Assembly (NCBI GenBank): GCA_964500005.1
Contig: CAZCMP010000004.1
Location: 97,816-161,815, forward strand
Reading direction: 5' to 3'
Source of the DNA: an uncultured Thermococci archaeon
Lineage (GTDB): Archaea > Methanobacteriota_B > Thermococci > Methanofastidiosales > Methanofastidiosaceae
DNA length: 64,000 bases
Both the position numbers and the translations under genes were made by a program. The notes beneath the pieces are model-generated. The model saw nothing but the letters and a program-made list of their open reading frames with translations. It made no database searches and was not told where the DNA came from. This document shows, piece after piece, positions 8,521 to 17,418 of the stretch. Numbering within the stretch: position 1 is the stretch's first letter; each line of letters starts with the position of its first letter.

Positions 8521-9408
8521 TTAAATCCATTGTTCAACTAAGTCTCTGTTGTTGTCTACCCACTCTCTGGCTATTTCTGCTGGATCTCTGCCTTTGTCAC
8601 TGTATTCGAGTATCCATTCGCTCTGTGTGTCTTCTGTTACCTGAAACTTCTCAAAGAATGCATAAGCTTCTGGAAAGTCATCTTTGAATCCCTTTCTAAC
8701 AATGGTATATACGACATCTCCGTCACCATATACCTTTTGTGGATCATCGAGCTTTTGTATGTCAAATCTTGCAAACGCAGAATGTGGTTCCCATATTGTA
8801 AATACTATCCATTCGTCATTTAATGTCGCTGCATCTACTTCGGCAATCATTGCTGGAGTGCTACTTGCTTTAAGTGTGTATCCATTTAGGCCATAAGCAT
8901 CTATTGCTTTGCCTGTATTGATCATTATTCCTGCGCCTGGTTCGATTCCAACTATTCTTCCTTTAAACTCTGTTTCTTTTCCAATCAAGTCTGTTATGGA
9001 TGTCACACCGCTATCGTATACATATGTTGGGACGGCAAGCCCCAGCCAAGTTCCAGGAACATTTATATTAACCAATTCAAGATTATTTTGATGAATATTC
9101 CAGTATTCTTGATGAGTTGCAGGTAGCCATCCAGCCAATAAAGCATCGATATTGCCTTCTGCCATTTCAGCATAGACTATTCCTGCATCTAGTTGATTTG
9201 TCTCAACTTTGTAACCCATATCTTCTAGTATTACCTTGGCAACTTCTGTTTTTACAGTTACTCCAGGCCAAGGCGGAAGTCCAAAACTTATTGTTCCTTT
9301 GTCTGTCTTTGTTTCTTCAACTTGCCCGGTACAGCCTGTATTTAGCACAACTAAAGATACTAAAATTATTGTGCCTATACAAATTAGATTTTTTTTAGAA
9401 TTTATCAC
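8521..9408 (-). CDS. proX: Glycine betaine ABC transporter substrate-binding lipoprotein
   Basis: Lipobox LNTGC; WLPATH, GIEPGAG, WEPHSAF; GGAGGTGA SD before GTG 9408. Confidence 0.9.
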   Translation of the reverse strand: MINSKKNLICIGTIILVSLVVLNTGCTGQVEETKTDKGTISFGLPPWPGVTVKTEVAKVILEDMGYKVETNQLDAGIVYAEMAEGNIDALLAGWLPATHQEYWNIHQNNLELVNINVPGTWLGLAVPTYVYDSGVTSITDLIGKETEFKGRIVGIEPGAGIMINTGKAIDAYGLNGYTLKASSTPAMIAEVDAATLNDEWIVFTIWEPHSAFARFDIQKLDDPQKVYGDGDVVYTIVRKGFKDDFPEAYAFFEKFQVTEDTQSEWILEYSDKGRDPAEIAREWVDNNRDLVEQWI

Positions 9409-9522
9409 TAATTTCACCTCCAAATTTAGCGATTAATAATAAAAAAATTTTAACCATATAAAAGGTTAATGGATTATTATAAGAGCAAAACTTTTTTAAC
9501 TTAATTTAAAATATTAATAGTA

Positions 9523-9942
9523 ATGTCTAGAAAAATTACATATAGTGTTAAGAAAAATGTGCCTATCACAGAATTAAACTATACAATTCACAAGTTAGAA
9601 GGGCAAGTAAGACTCTTACAGAGGTTGTATTTTATTAGATTTTTATACAAGGGCATGGGAGTAGAAGATGCCTCAGAACTTATCGGAATTACCAAGAATA
9701 CTGGTTATCATTGGCTTAAAAAGTGGAATGAAAGCGGGCAGGAGCAGTTGATACCTAATTTCAGAGGGGGTCGACATCCTAAAATTAGTAAATCTGATAA
9801 GGACGAGTTAAGGGGGATAATAAGGGACCTAGGATTAAACAAGGCTAGAGATGTCCAAAAATTGATTCAAGAAAAATATAACATTACATATTCTTTATGG
9901 CAAGTTAGAAGAATATTAAATTCATTTGAGAAAAATGAATAA
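9523..9942 (+). mobile_element. IS630-family transposase OrfA-like HTH protein; no DDE domain present
   Basis: RLYFIRFLYKG..VEDASELIGITKNTGYHWLKKWNESG...FRGGRHPK..IQEKYNITYSLWQVRRIL, like methanogen IS630 N-terminal domains. Confidence 0.75.
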
Positions 9943-9946
9943 AAAA

Positions 9947-10792
9947 TTAGTTTTTCTTTGTATCGTAGATTTTTCCAAGTTGTTTTGTTATCCTATCTAG
10001 TATAATTGCCAAAAACACAATAGACAGTCCCGCTTCTATGGAATCTACCAAATTGTACCGTTGTAGTCCCGATATAATGACTTCTCCGAGCCCTCCTGCT
10101 CCAATAAATCCTGCTATTACAACCATAGAAAAGGCTAACATTATAGTCTGATTTATCCCCATCATAATGGAAGGCAGTGCAAGAGGAACCTCTATTTTAA
10201 GAAGTAGTTGGCGAGATGTCGCCCCAAATGCTTTTCCAACTTCAATCATTTCCTTAGAAACATGCTCAAGACCTAAACTTGTTAATCTTATAGCCGGTGG
10301 CATTGAAAATATGACTGTGGCAATAACCCCTGGAACGACGCCTATTCTAAAAAATAGTACTGCCGGTATGAGGTATGATAAGGATGGAAGTGTTTGCATC
10401 AAATCAAGTATTGGTTCTATTATTGTAGCAAAAGTTTTTGATCTCGCTTTCAATATTCCTAAGGGCACCCCGATAAAAAGTGCAATAATTGTAGCCACCA
10501 AAACTAAAGACAGTGTTTCTAGTGTGGCGTTCCATAAATCCATGCTAATAATCAGGACCAAACTAATAAAGGCAAATATTGCCACTTTGATCTTTGCCGT
10601 TTTCCAGGATATTAGCGCAAATATTGCAATTAGCACTATTGGCGGTATAAAGACGAGGGCTGAATAAAAGAACTCAACAACTGCGGATATTATTGACCTT
10701 ATTATCTCGAAAATAATTGAGAAATTTTCTCTCAAGAAGTTAATAATACTAACTATTGGCTCCCCTATTGGTATTTGTGGAATCTCAATTAT
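9947..10792 (-). CDS. proW: Glycine betaine ABC transporter permease (start probably ATA 10792; ORF track uses GTG 10801)
   Basis: PILDLMQTLPSLSYLIP, EAA-like EVGKAFGA, PSIMMGINQTIMLAFSMVVIA. Confidence 0.92.
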   Translation of the reverse strand: MIEIPQIPIGEPIVSIINFLRENFSIIFEIIRSIISAVVEFFYSALVFIPPIVLIAIFALISWKTAKIKVAIFAFISLVLIISMDLWNATLETLSLVLVATIIALFIGVPLGILKARSKTFATIIEPILDLMQTLPSLSYLIPAVLFFRIGVVPGVIATVIFSMPPAIRLTSLGLEHVSKEMIEVGKAFGATSRQLLLKIEVPLALPSIMMGINQTIMLAFSMVVIAGFIGAGGLGEVIISGLQRYNLVDSIEAGLSIVFLAIILDRITKQLGKIYDTKKN

Positions 10793-11978
10793 GTGAATCA
10801 CCCCTTAGAATATCTATTGCAGCCTTCTCATTTGCATGCCCCAAAAGAACCCCTTCTTCGTCAACAACAGGTATGGTCGTTTTAGAGGTAATTAACAAGG
10901 GCAAAGCTTGTGCAAGAGTGACAACACTTTCTACAGAATTACATTTTTTGATGAATTTTTCAACTCTTACATTTTTTCCAGACTTTTCCGCCTCTAGTTC
11001 GGATAAAAAAATAATCCCCAAAAGTTTTTGGGCTTCGTCTACAACGAAAGAGTAAGTTACCCTATTCTTTTTTAATTTATTTATTGCGTCTACTGCCTTA
11101 ATATCCGGGGTAAGTACCACCCTATTTTGTTTTGTTATATAATCAACTTTTATTACATGATGTCTATCAACATTTTGCACAAATGTTTTAACAAACTCTG
11201 TTGCAGGATTAACTAGAATATTCTCAACTGTATCAATCTGGACAAGGACCCCTTCTTCGTTTAAAATTGCAACTCTGTTGCCCAGTTTTACTGCTTCGTT
11301 TAGATCGTGAGTTATAAAGATTATAGTTTTTTTCATCTTTCTTTGAATTCTTAATAATTCCTCTTGCATATTATCTCTTATCAAAGGATCTAATGCGCTA
11401 AAAGGTTCATCCATTAGAAGAATATCCGGGTCAATAGCTAAGGCTCTAGCAAGCCCAACTCGCTGCTTCATTCCCCCACTAAGTTCATCGGGCATGCTAT
11501 TTTCCCAACCTGCAAGCCCTACTGTTTTTAATATTTTCTTACCGGTATTCTCCATATTCTCTTTAGGAACTCCTTGGATTTCAAGGCCCAAAACAACATT
11601 ATCGAGAATAGATCTGTGTGGTAGGAGGCCAAATCTCTGAAAAACCATTCCAAATTTCTTTCGCCTCAATTCAATCAATTCATTTTGATTAAGATTTAGA
11701 ATGTTTATTTTTTCGTTTCCAATTAGTACTTCACCCTTTGTAGGGAGTATCAAACGATTAATACATCTTATAAGTGTTGATTTGCCACTCCCTGAAAGGC
11801 CCATTATGACAAATATTTCTCCTTTATTGATTTCAAGATTTATATCTCTTAAGGCAACAACTTGCCCTGTTTTCTCTTTTATTTGGTTTCTAGTTAAACC
11901 CTTCTCAATCAACGGAAAAGCTTTCTCTGGGTTTTTACCAAATATCATATATAAATTGCTAATTTTTACATCCAACAT
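10785..11978 (-). CDS. proV: Glycine betaine ABC transporter ATPase with CBS domains
   Basis: GLSGSGKS, LSGGMKQR, LLMDEPFSALDP, FITHD, C-terminal CBS pair. Confidence 0.95.
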   Translation of the reverse strand: MLDVKISNLYMIFGKNPEKAFPLIEKGLTRNQIKEKTGQVVALRDINLEINKGEIFVIMGLSGSGKSTLIRCINRLILPTKGEVLIGNEKINILNLNQNELIELRRKKFGMVFQRFGLLPHRSILDNVVLGLEIQGVPKENMENTGKKILKTVGLAGWENSMPDELSGGMKQRVGLARALAIDPDILLMDEPFSALDPLIRDNMQEELLRIQRKMKKTIIFITHDLNEAVKLGNRVAILNEEGVLVQIDTVENILVNPATEFVKTFVQNVDRHHVIKVDYITKQNRVVLTPDIKAVDAINKLKKNRVTYSFVVDEAQKLLGIIFLSELEAEKSGKNVRVEKFIKKCNSVESVVTLAQALPLLITSKTTIPVVDEEGVLLGHANEKAAIDILRGDSHN

Positions 11979-12222
11979 TTTATCGCCAAAAAATCAAAAT
12001 ATTATTAGTATTCAATAATAAAAAAATTTAGGGAGCCTTTAAATAAGTTTCGATTTTTGACTTACAATGATTATTAATTTTAATTTTTATAAATTAAATA
12101 TTATCTATTGATATATTATATGAAAATAATATTATAAATTTAAATATATTGTATATATGAAAAAATTTAGCAACGTCCGTAATTTATTTATATTGATATG
12201 TAATCAATGGGCTGGTGATTAT

Positions 12223-12528
12223 ATGGGATTTGTACAGGAATTTATGGATTTTTTAAAAGAGTACAAAGTTATAGGGCTTGCTGTAGCATTTATTATGGCG
12301 ACAGCCTCTACAACGCTTGTTAAATCTTTTGTAGACGATATTGTTATGCCCATCGTCTCACCCTTCATACCTGGTGGGGATTGGCAGACGGCCGTTATCA
12401 ACATTGGCCCAATCGCAATTAAAGCGGGCTCTTTCTTAGCACAGATTATCAACTTTGTCATATTGGCGATTGTGGTCTTTGTAATTGCAAAGAAGGTCTT
12501 GAAGGAAGAAAAGGTAGCAAAGAAGTAA
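12223..12528 (+). CDS. mscL: Large-conductance mechanosensitive channel
   Basis: EFMDFLKEYKVIGLAVAFIMA..VKSFVDDIVMP..GSFLAQIINFVI; SD GGTGAT before ATG 12223. Confidence 0.9.
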   Translation: MGFVQEFMDFLKEYKVIGLAVAFIMATASTTLVKSFVDDIVMPIVSPFIPGGDWQTAVINIGPIAIKAGSFLAQIINFVILAIVVFVIAKKVLKEEKVAKK

Positions 12529-12680
12529 TTCTCTAATTTATTTAATTTATTAAAAATATTTCACTTTTTTTAATACAAGCAAATCAAATTTTATCTATTA
12601 TAAATTCGCAAAAGACTTTTATAGAACTAATTATTAATAAAGAAAAAGTCGTAGTTAATTCAATTACTTGAAATGATAAA

Positions 12681-13187
12681 ATGTCTAGCCTAGATAATCT
12701 CAATATATATTCAACAGAAGATCTCCTCGTCACCTCTCTTAAAAGTGAGATTGATAGCAGGGCGGCCTACCTTAAAATAAAGGATTCTGTAAAAAACGCC
12801 GTATTAAAGGACAAGATGGATTTTTTGGCAAGGGAAGAGGATAAGCACAGAACATTTTTTGAAACGGTATATCATAATAAATATCCGAACAAAGCTATCA
12901 AACTCCCAGACAAAACACCTGTGCCGCTTCCAGAAATAAGGATAGGGGATGAGAATATCGAGATTAGTGAAGTTTTGGGCCAGGCCATGGATGCAGAGAT
13001 TGCAGCTCACGACTTTTATCTAAAAGTATTAGATAGGTTCAAGGATGAGAAGGACATCTTCAATATGCTAAGATACATAGCAGATATGGAGATGGGGCAC
13101 TACAGGCTTTTGGAGATTGAAAAAGAGAACTCGCTAAAGTTTGAAGATTATGATGATTTCTGGCCCATGATGCATGCTGGCCCTTGA
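12681..13187 (+). CDS. Ferritin-like / rubrerythrin-family protein without rubredoxin domain
   Basis: SEIDS..Y, EEDKH, AEIAAHDFY, EMGH diiron motifs. Confidence 0.85.
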   Translation: MSSLDNLNIYSTEDLLVTSLKSEIDSRAAYLKIKDSVKNAVLKDKMDFLAREEDKHRTFFETVYHNKYPNKAIKLPDKTPVPLPEIRIGDENIEISEVLGQAMDAEIAAHDFYLKVLDRFKDEKDIFNMLRYIADMEMGHYRLLEIEKENSLKFEDYDDFWPMMHAGP

Positions 13188-13226
13188 TGATAATATTTAC
13201 TTTAAAAAAATAAAGGAGGAAGAAAA

Positions 13227-13388
13227 ATGTACAAATATGTTTGCTCAGTTTGTGGATACATCTACAACCCTGCGGAAGGAGACCCTGATGGGGATATACC
13301 TCCAGGCACACCTTTTGAAAAACTTCCAGACGATTGGACATGCCCAGTGTGTGGCGCAAGTAAGAGCCAGTTCGAAAAGCAGGATTGA
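13227..13388 (+). CDS. Rubredoxin (53 aa, below the ORF-track cutoff)
   Basis: [53 protein letters not shown]; GGAGG SD. Confidence 0.97.
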   Translation: MYKYVCSVCGYIYNPAEGDPDGDIPPGTPFEKLPDDWTCPVCGASKSQFEKQD

Positions 13389-13392
13389 TTAA

Positions 13393-14574
13393 ATGAGCCC
13401 AAGAGTTATTAAAGACGGGATATACTGGACCGGATTTATTGATTGGGATAGAAGGCTCTTTGATTCACTAATCCCAACACCACATGGCACTACCTACAAC
13501 TCATACCTGATAAAAGGTAGTGAAAAGACGATGCTAATTGACACTTCAGACTTTGGAAAAGAAGAGAATCTGCTGAATGCTTTAGATATGGCCGGAATAA
13601 AAAGGATAGACTATATTGTATCAAACCATGCGGAGCAGGACCACTCTGGATCCCTGCCAAAGATTTTAGAAAGGTATCCAGAAGCAAAAATCGTTACAAA
13701 TGCCAAGTGCAAGGATTTGCTCGAGTCTTTTCTACCAATCCCTGAAGAAAGATTCATCGTTGTAAATGACAACGAAGAAATCTCTCTTGGCGATAAGACC
13801 GCCCAGTTCTTGATTGCACCTTGGGTGCACTGGCCTGACACGATGCTCACATACTTAAAAGAGGACAAGGTTCTTTTTTCATGTGACTTTTTGGGATCCC
13901 ACTTTTCAACAAGTGAGCTATTTGTTACTGATGAGAATGAGATTTACCTTTCGGCAAAAAGGTACTACGCAGAGATAATGATGCCTTTCAGGACAATGGC
14001 AAAAAAGCATCTTGAAAGGATAGAAAAGTTGGATATCGAGATAATTGCCCCAAGCCACGGCCCGCTATATGATAAACCTTCGTTTATTATTGATGCGTAC
14101 AAGGATTGGACAGGCGATTTGGTCAAAAATCAAGTTATTATACCCTACGTTTCGATGCATGGGAGCACAAAGGCGATGGTCGACCACCTATCAGATGCTT
14201 TGGTAAAGAGGGGAATTGAAGTAAAACTATTCAATCTTGAGATAGCTGATGCAGGAGAGCTTTTGATGTCTTTAGTTGATGCTGCAACTATTGTCATTGG
14301 CGCTTCAACAATGCTTGTTGGACCACATCCGCTTGCATACTATGCGACATACCTTGTGAATGCGGTAAGACCAAAAACAAAATTTGTTTCTATAATCGGA
14401 TCCTTTGGATGGGGCGGGAACGCTGTTGAAACTTTAAAGGGATTGATATCAAACATCAAGGTAGAGCTAATCGAACCTGTCTATATCAAAGGATACCCAA
14501 AAGATTCAGATTTCAAAGCTTTAGAAACGTTGGCAGATGAGATAGCTAATAAGCATAAAGAGTTAGGGTTATGA
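13393..14574 (+). CDS. fprA: Flavodiiron protein (FprA type)
   Basis: GTTYNSYLI, NHAEQDHSG, HWPD, SCDFLGSH, PSHGP, flavodoxin domain YVSMHGST. Confidence 0.95.
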   Translation: MSPRVIKDGIYWTGFIDWDRRLFDSLIPTPHGTTYNSYLIKGSEKTMLIDTSDFGKEENLLNALDMAGIKRIDYIVSNHAEQDHSGSLPKILERYPEAKIVTNAKCKDLLESFLPIPEERFIVVNDNEEISLGDKTAQFLIAPWVHWPDTMLTYLKEDKVLFSCDFLGSHFSTSELFVTDENEIYLSAKRYYAEIMMPFRTMAKKHLERIEKLDIEIIAPSHGPLYDKPSFIIDAYKDWTGDLVKNQVIIPYVSMHGSTKAMVDHLSDALVKRGIEVKLFNLEIADAGELLMSLVDAATIVIGASTMLVGPHPLAYYATYLVNAVRPKTKFVSIIGSFGWGGNAVETLKGLISNIKVELIEPVYIKGYPKDSDFKALETLADEIANKHKELGL

Positions 14575-14597
14575 TTATATAATATAATGGTGAGGAT

Positions 14598-15095
14598 ATG
14601 AAAGAAAAAACTAAGAAAAATTTGATGGAAGCCTTTTCTGGTGAGTCACAGGCAAACAGGAAGTATCTTGCATTTGCAATGAAAGCAGAGCAAGAGGGTT
14701 ACCCCGGAGTTGCGAAACTGTTTAAGGCTGCTGCTGCAGCTGAAACTGTCCACGCACATGCTCACCTTAAAGCCTTAGACGGCATTAATACGACAGAGGA
14801 AAATCTAAAGGAAGCAATCTCGGGTGAGACGCATGAGTTTGTAAGCATGTACCCCAAGATGATAGATGAGGCAAAAGCAGAAGGGGAAAAGGCTGCCGAG
14901 AGATCATTTGTTTTTGCAAATGAAGTGGAAAAGATTCACGCCGGGCTATACAAAAAAGCCCTTGACAATATGGATAACTTTCCAGAAAAAGACTACTATA
15001 TCTGCAGTGTCTGCGGTTACACAGTTGCTGACGCAGCCCCTGAGAAATGCCCAGTTTGCGGGGCATTGAAAAAGGCCTTTAACAAAGTAGATTAA
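14598..15095 (+). CDS. rbr: Rubrerythrin
   Basis: AFSGESQANRKY, ETVHA, GETHE, EKIH, CSVCG...CPVCG. Confidence 0.95.
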   Translation: MKEKTKKNLMEAFSGESQANRKYLAFAMKAEQEGYPGVAKLFKAAAAAETVHAHAHLKALDGINTTEENLKEAISGETHEFVSMYPKMIDEAKAEGEKAAERSFVFANEVEKIHAGLYKKALDNMDNFPEKDYYICSVCGYTVADAAPEKCPVCGALKKAFNKVD

Positions 15096-15130
15096 TCTAC
15101 TTTATTTTTATATTAAAATCCAGTTAAATC

Positions 15131-15640
15131 TTAGTGAATGGAATTTTTTGCCATCTGCTCTTCAAGGGACTCAAGTTTTAGTCTTATATCCTCTTTTTCC
15201 GTCCTTACAGCAATCAAAGAATAGAGGCCTTTTATCCCTTTTATCGGGCCAATTTTTTCTACCTCTAGGTTTCTAAGCTCCTCGTTGTCTGTAACTTTGG
15301 TCTTCACAAGGATGTCCCACTCCCCAGATATTTCGTGGACTTCAAGCAGCTCATCTATCATTGATAGCTCCTTTGAAATCCTCCCAATGTCCTTAATGCT
15401 TTCAATTGAGATTCTTATCCAGGCTGTTGTGAGTTTGCCGCATTTTTTTGCGTCTAGCAAAGGGACTATGCCTTTGATGATGCCTACCTGCCTTAATCTT
15501 CTCGTTCTATCATAAACTGTGGACTCTGCCGCACCTATCTTCTTTGACAGGTCTTTATAGGAGACTGTCGCATCGTTTTGAAGCTCAGTCAAAATATCTT
15601 TATCCAGATCATCCAACTTAATCGGGGGTTCTGTAGCCAT
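15131..15640 (-). CDS. Lrp/AsnC family transcriptional regulator
   Basis: LDDLDKDILTELQNDA HTH; VHEISGEWDILVK. Confidence 0.9.
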   Translation of the reverse strand: MATEPPIKLDDLDKDILTELQNDATVSYKDLSKKIGAAESTVYDRTRRLRQVGIIKGIVPLLDAKKCGKLTTAWIRISIESIKDIGRISKELSMIDELLEVHEISGEWDILVKTKVTDNEELRNLEVEKIGPIKGIKGLYSLIAVRTEKEDIRLKLESLEEQMAKNSIH

Positions 15641-15758
15641 TTTACCACTAAAATCCTTTTGTATTAATTATTAATTATAAATTTAAATATTTTTCGGATA
15701 AAATTTATTTAAAAGAGGTTTCTTTGTAAGAAAAATAGCTTGATTTTTGCCAGAGAAG

Positions 15759-16034
15759 TTATTTGTGCACCCAGCTTAATACCTCAGATACTAAGAATTT
15801 AAGTTCAGAAGATTTTTTCAAGATACTTGTGGGTTTATGCTTCCAAAGGATGGAAATAAAGAATATCCCTAGTATGGCGTAATGTGTGGCAACTCTTAGT
15901 TTACGGGATTTAGTCTTGGAGTAGAACTTAGAGAGGTTATGCATTGCGTTCATTGTAAGCCTAGTTCCAATGCTAATTTTTGAGGATCCGCTCATTAGTT
16001 TCAACTTTTGAAGGTTATATCTATCTAGAGTCAA
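15759..16034 (-). other. Doubtful 91-codon ORF, possibly a decayed transposase fragment
   Basis: Open frame in an otherwise AT-rich intergenic region; KTKSRKLRVATHYAILGIFFISILW is loosely reminiscent of IS4/ISH3 C-termini. Confidence 0.2.
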
Positions 16035-16057
16035 AGTAGCATATAAAATTAATCATT

Positions 16058-16178
16058 AATAAGAAAAGAAAAAAATAAATTTATTCTTTGTTGCCAAGAC
16101 CGAATTTCTTCATGATCCAATTCATTGGGAGTGACTTCTTTGCTGTTTCACAAACGACATCAAGGTTTGCAAGGTAGA
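16058..16178. repeat. Dispersed direct repeat, copy 2 of 2 (other copy 7246-7368); end approximate
   Basis: Shares the stop codon, downstream U-rich terminator and last ~32 codons. Confidence 0.9.
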
Positions 16179-17172
16179 TGTCCCAGTTGCCGTTTCTTTC
16201 GTCACGCCAAACTACCCGATTGCAATATATCTTTGGATCCTCTTGTTTAAATGGGTATGTAGATATATCGAAAAATTCTCCAGCCCTTATATTGTAGCCT
16301 CTGATGTTCCATTTATCCTCGCCAACAGGATCTTCTTGCCAGACGACTATGTCACCGTATATTGCTGGCTTGTATCGTATAACTGAATCATCCGGGGGTA
16401 TATCAAAATAAACTCCAGTCCTTAGGTTCTTGCCTCTGACGTTCCATTCCTCGACGTCATTAGGATCTTGTCGCCAGACGACTATGTCACCGTATATGGC
16501 TGGTTCCTCTTCTTTAAATTGGCCTGTAGCTATATCGTAATAGACTCCAGTCCTTATATTGTAGCCTCTGATGTCCCATTTCTGATCGTCATCAGGCCAT
16601 TCCTGCCAGACGACTATGTCACCGTATATTTTTGGACGCTCTTGATTAAATGGATCTGTAGCTATATCGTAATAAACTCCAGTCCTTATATTGTAGCCTC
16701 TAATATTCCAGTCTCCCCCGCCATCTGGATCTTCTTGCCAGACGACTATGTCACCGTATATTGCCGGCCAGTATCGTCTAACTGGAGGATCACCTGAAGG
16801 TATATCAAAAGGTATATCAAAATAAGCTCCTGTCCTTAGGTTCTTGCCTCTGACGTTCCATTCCTGCTTGTCATCAGGATCTTGTCGCCAGACTACTATG
16901 TCGCCGTATATGGATGGTTCCTCTTCTTTAAATGTTTCTGTAGCTATATCGTAATAAACTCCAGTCCTTATATTGTAGCCTCTGATGTTCCATTTGTTGG
17001 CGTCAGACTCTTCTTGCCAGACGACTATGTCACCGTATATTGCCGGATTTACAATCGAATAATCCGAATCTGTTATCCTCTGTTCGCTCAAGACCCTTGT
17101 CCCCATAACTGCTGAAACAGTGGCAAATGCCAAGACAAAAATAATTAATAATGATTTTAGATATTTTTTCAT
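16081..17172 (-). CDS. Secreted beta-propeller repeat (TolB-like/methanogen surface) protein
   Basis: Signal peptide MKKYLKSLLIIFVLAFATVSA; about 7 PAIYGDIVVW blades; final WRDERNGNWDIY. Confidence 0.88.
   Translation of the reverse strand: MKKYLKSLLIIFVLAFATVSAVMGTRVLSEQRITDSDYSIVNPAIYGDIVVWQEESDANKWNIRGYNIRTGVYYDIATETFKEEEPSIYGDIVVWRQDPDDKQEWNVRGKNLRTGAYFDIPFDIPSGDPPVRRYWPAIYGDIVVWQEDPDGGGDWNIRGYNIRTGVYYDIATDPFNQERPKIYGDIVVWQEWPDDDQKWDIRGYNIRTGVYYDIATGQFKEEEPAIYGDIVVWRQDPNDVEEWNVRGKNLRTGVYFDIPPDDSVIRYKPAIYGDIVVWQEDPVGEDKWNIRGYNIRAGEFFDISTYPFKQEDPKIYCNRVVWRDERNGNWDIYLANLDVVCETAKKSLPMNWIMKKFGLGNKE
16342..17040. repeat. Six intragenic copies of gac(g/t)actatgtc(a/g)ccgtatat, spaced 129-150 nt (propeller blades)
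   Basis: Copies at about 16342, 16477, 16609, 16741, 16891 and 17020; all spacings are multiples of 3. Confidence 0.9.
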
Positions 17173-17309
17173 AGTTATCACTCTTAATAATTGTAATAAA
17201 ACTGATTTTTGGGAATATAAGTGTTTCGCCTAAATAGACTAAGGCGTTTTCCCTAAATTTAAATCCAAAATCTTGCATAAGACTCTAAATTAAAAATATT
17301 AAAAGTAGG

Positions 17310-17384
17310 GGCCGGGGCCGAGATTTGAACCCGAGTCATGGGATCCACAGTCCCATAGGATAACCATGCTACCCCACCCCGGCC
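17310..17384 (-). tRNA. tRNA-His (GTG) with encoded G-1
   Basis: G-GCCGGGG/CCCCGGC-C acceptor, TGGGA-CTGTGGA-TCCCA anticodon arm, TTCAAAT T-loop. Confidence 0.95.
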
Positions 17385-17418
17385 ATCAGAGAACCTAAAG
17401 TTGGGATGTTTATAAATG

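Noticed and set aside
9900-9950. Programmed frameshift into an IS630 DDE ORF
   Set aside because: The proW stop follows within 5 nt on the opposite strand, leaving no room for a catalytic domain.
13174-13392. 72-aa ORF from the track
   Set aside because: It overlaps the true rubredoxin gene in another frame.
16342-17040. Regularly spaced ~21-nt repeats resembling a CRISPR array
   Set aside because: Spacings of 129-150 nt are all multiples of 3 and lie inside an intact ORF. The inter-repeat sequences are homologous to each other, so these are propeller blades, and no cas genes are present.
5967-17384. Integrative element bounded by tRNA-Val or tRNA-His
   Set aside because: I found no duplicated tRNA 3' end (att site) and no integrase.
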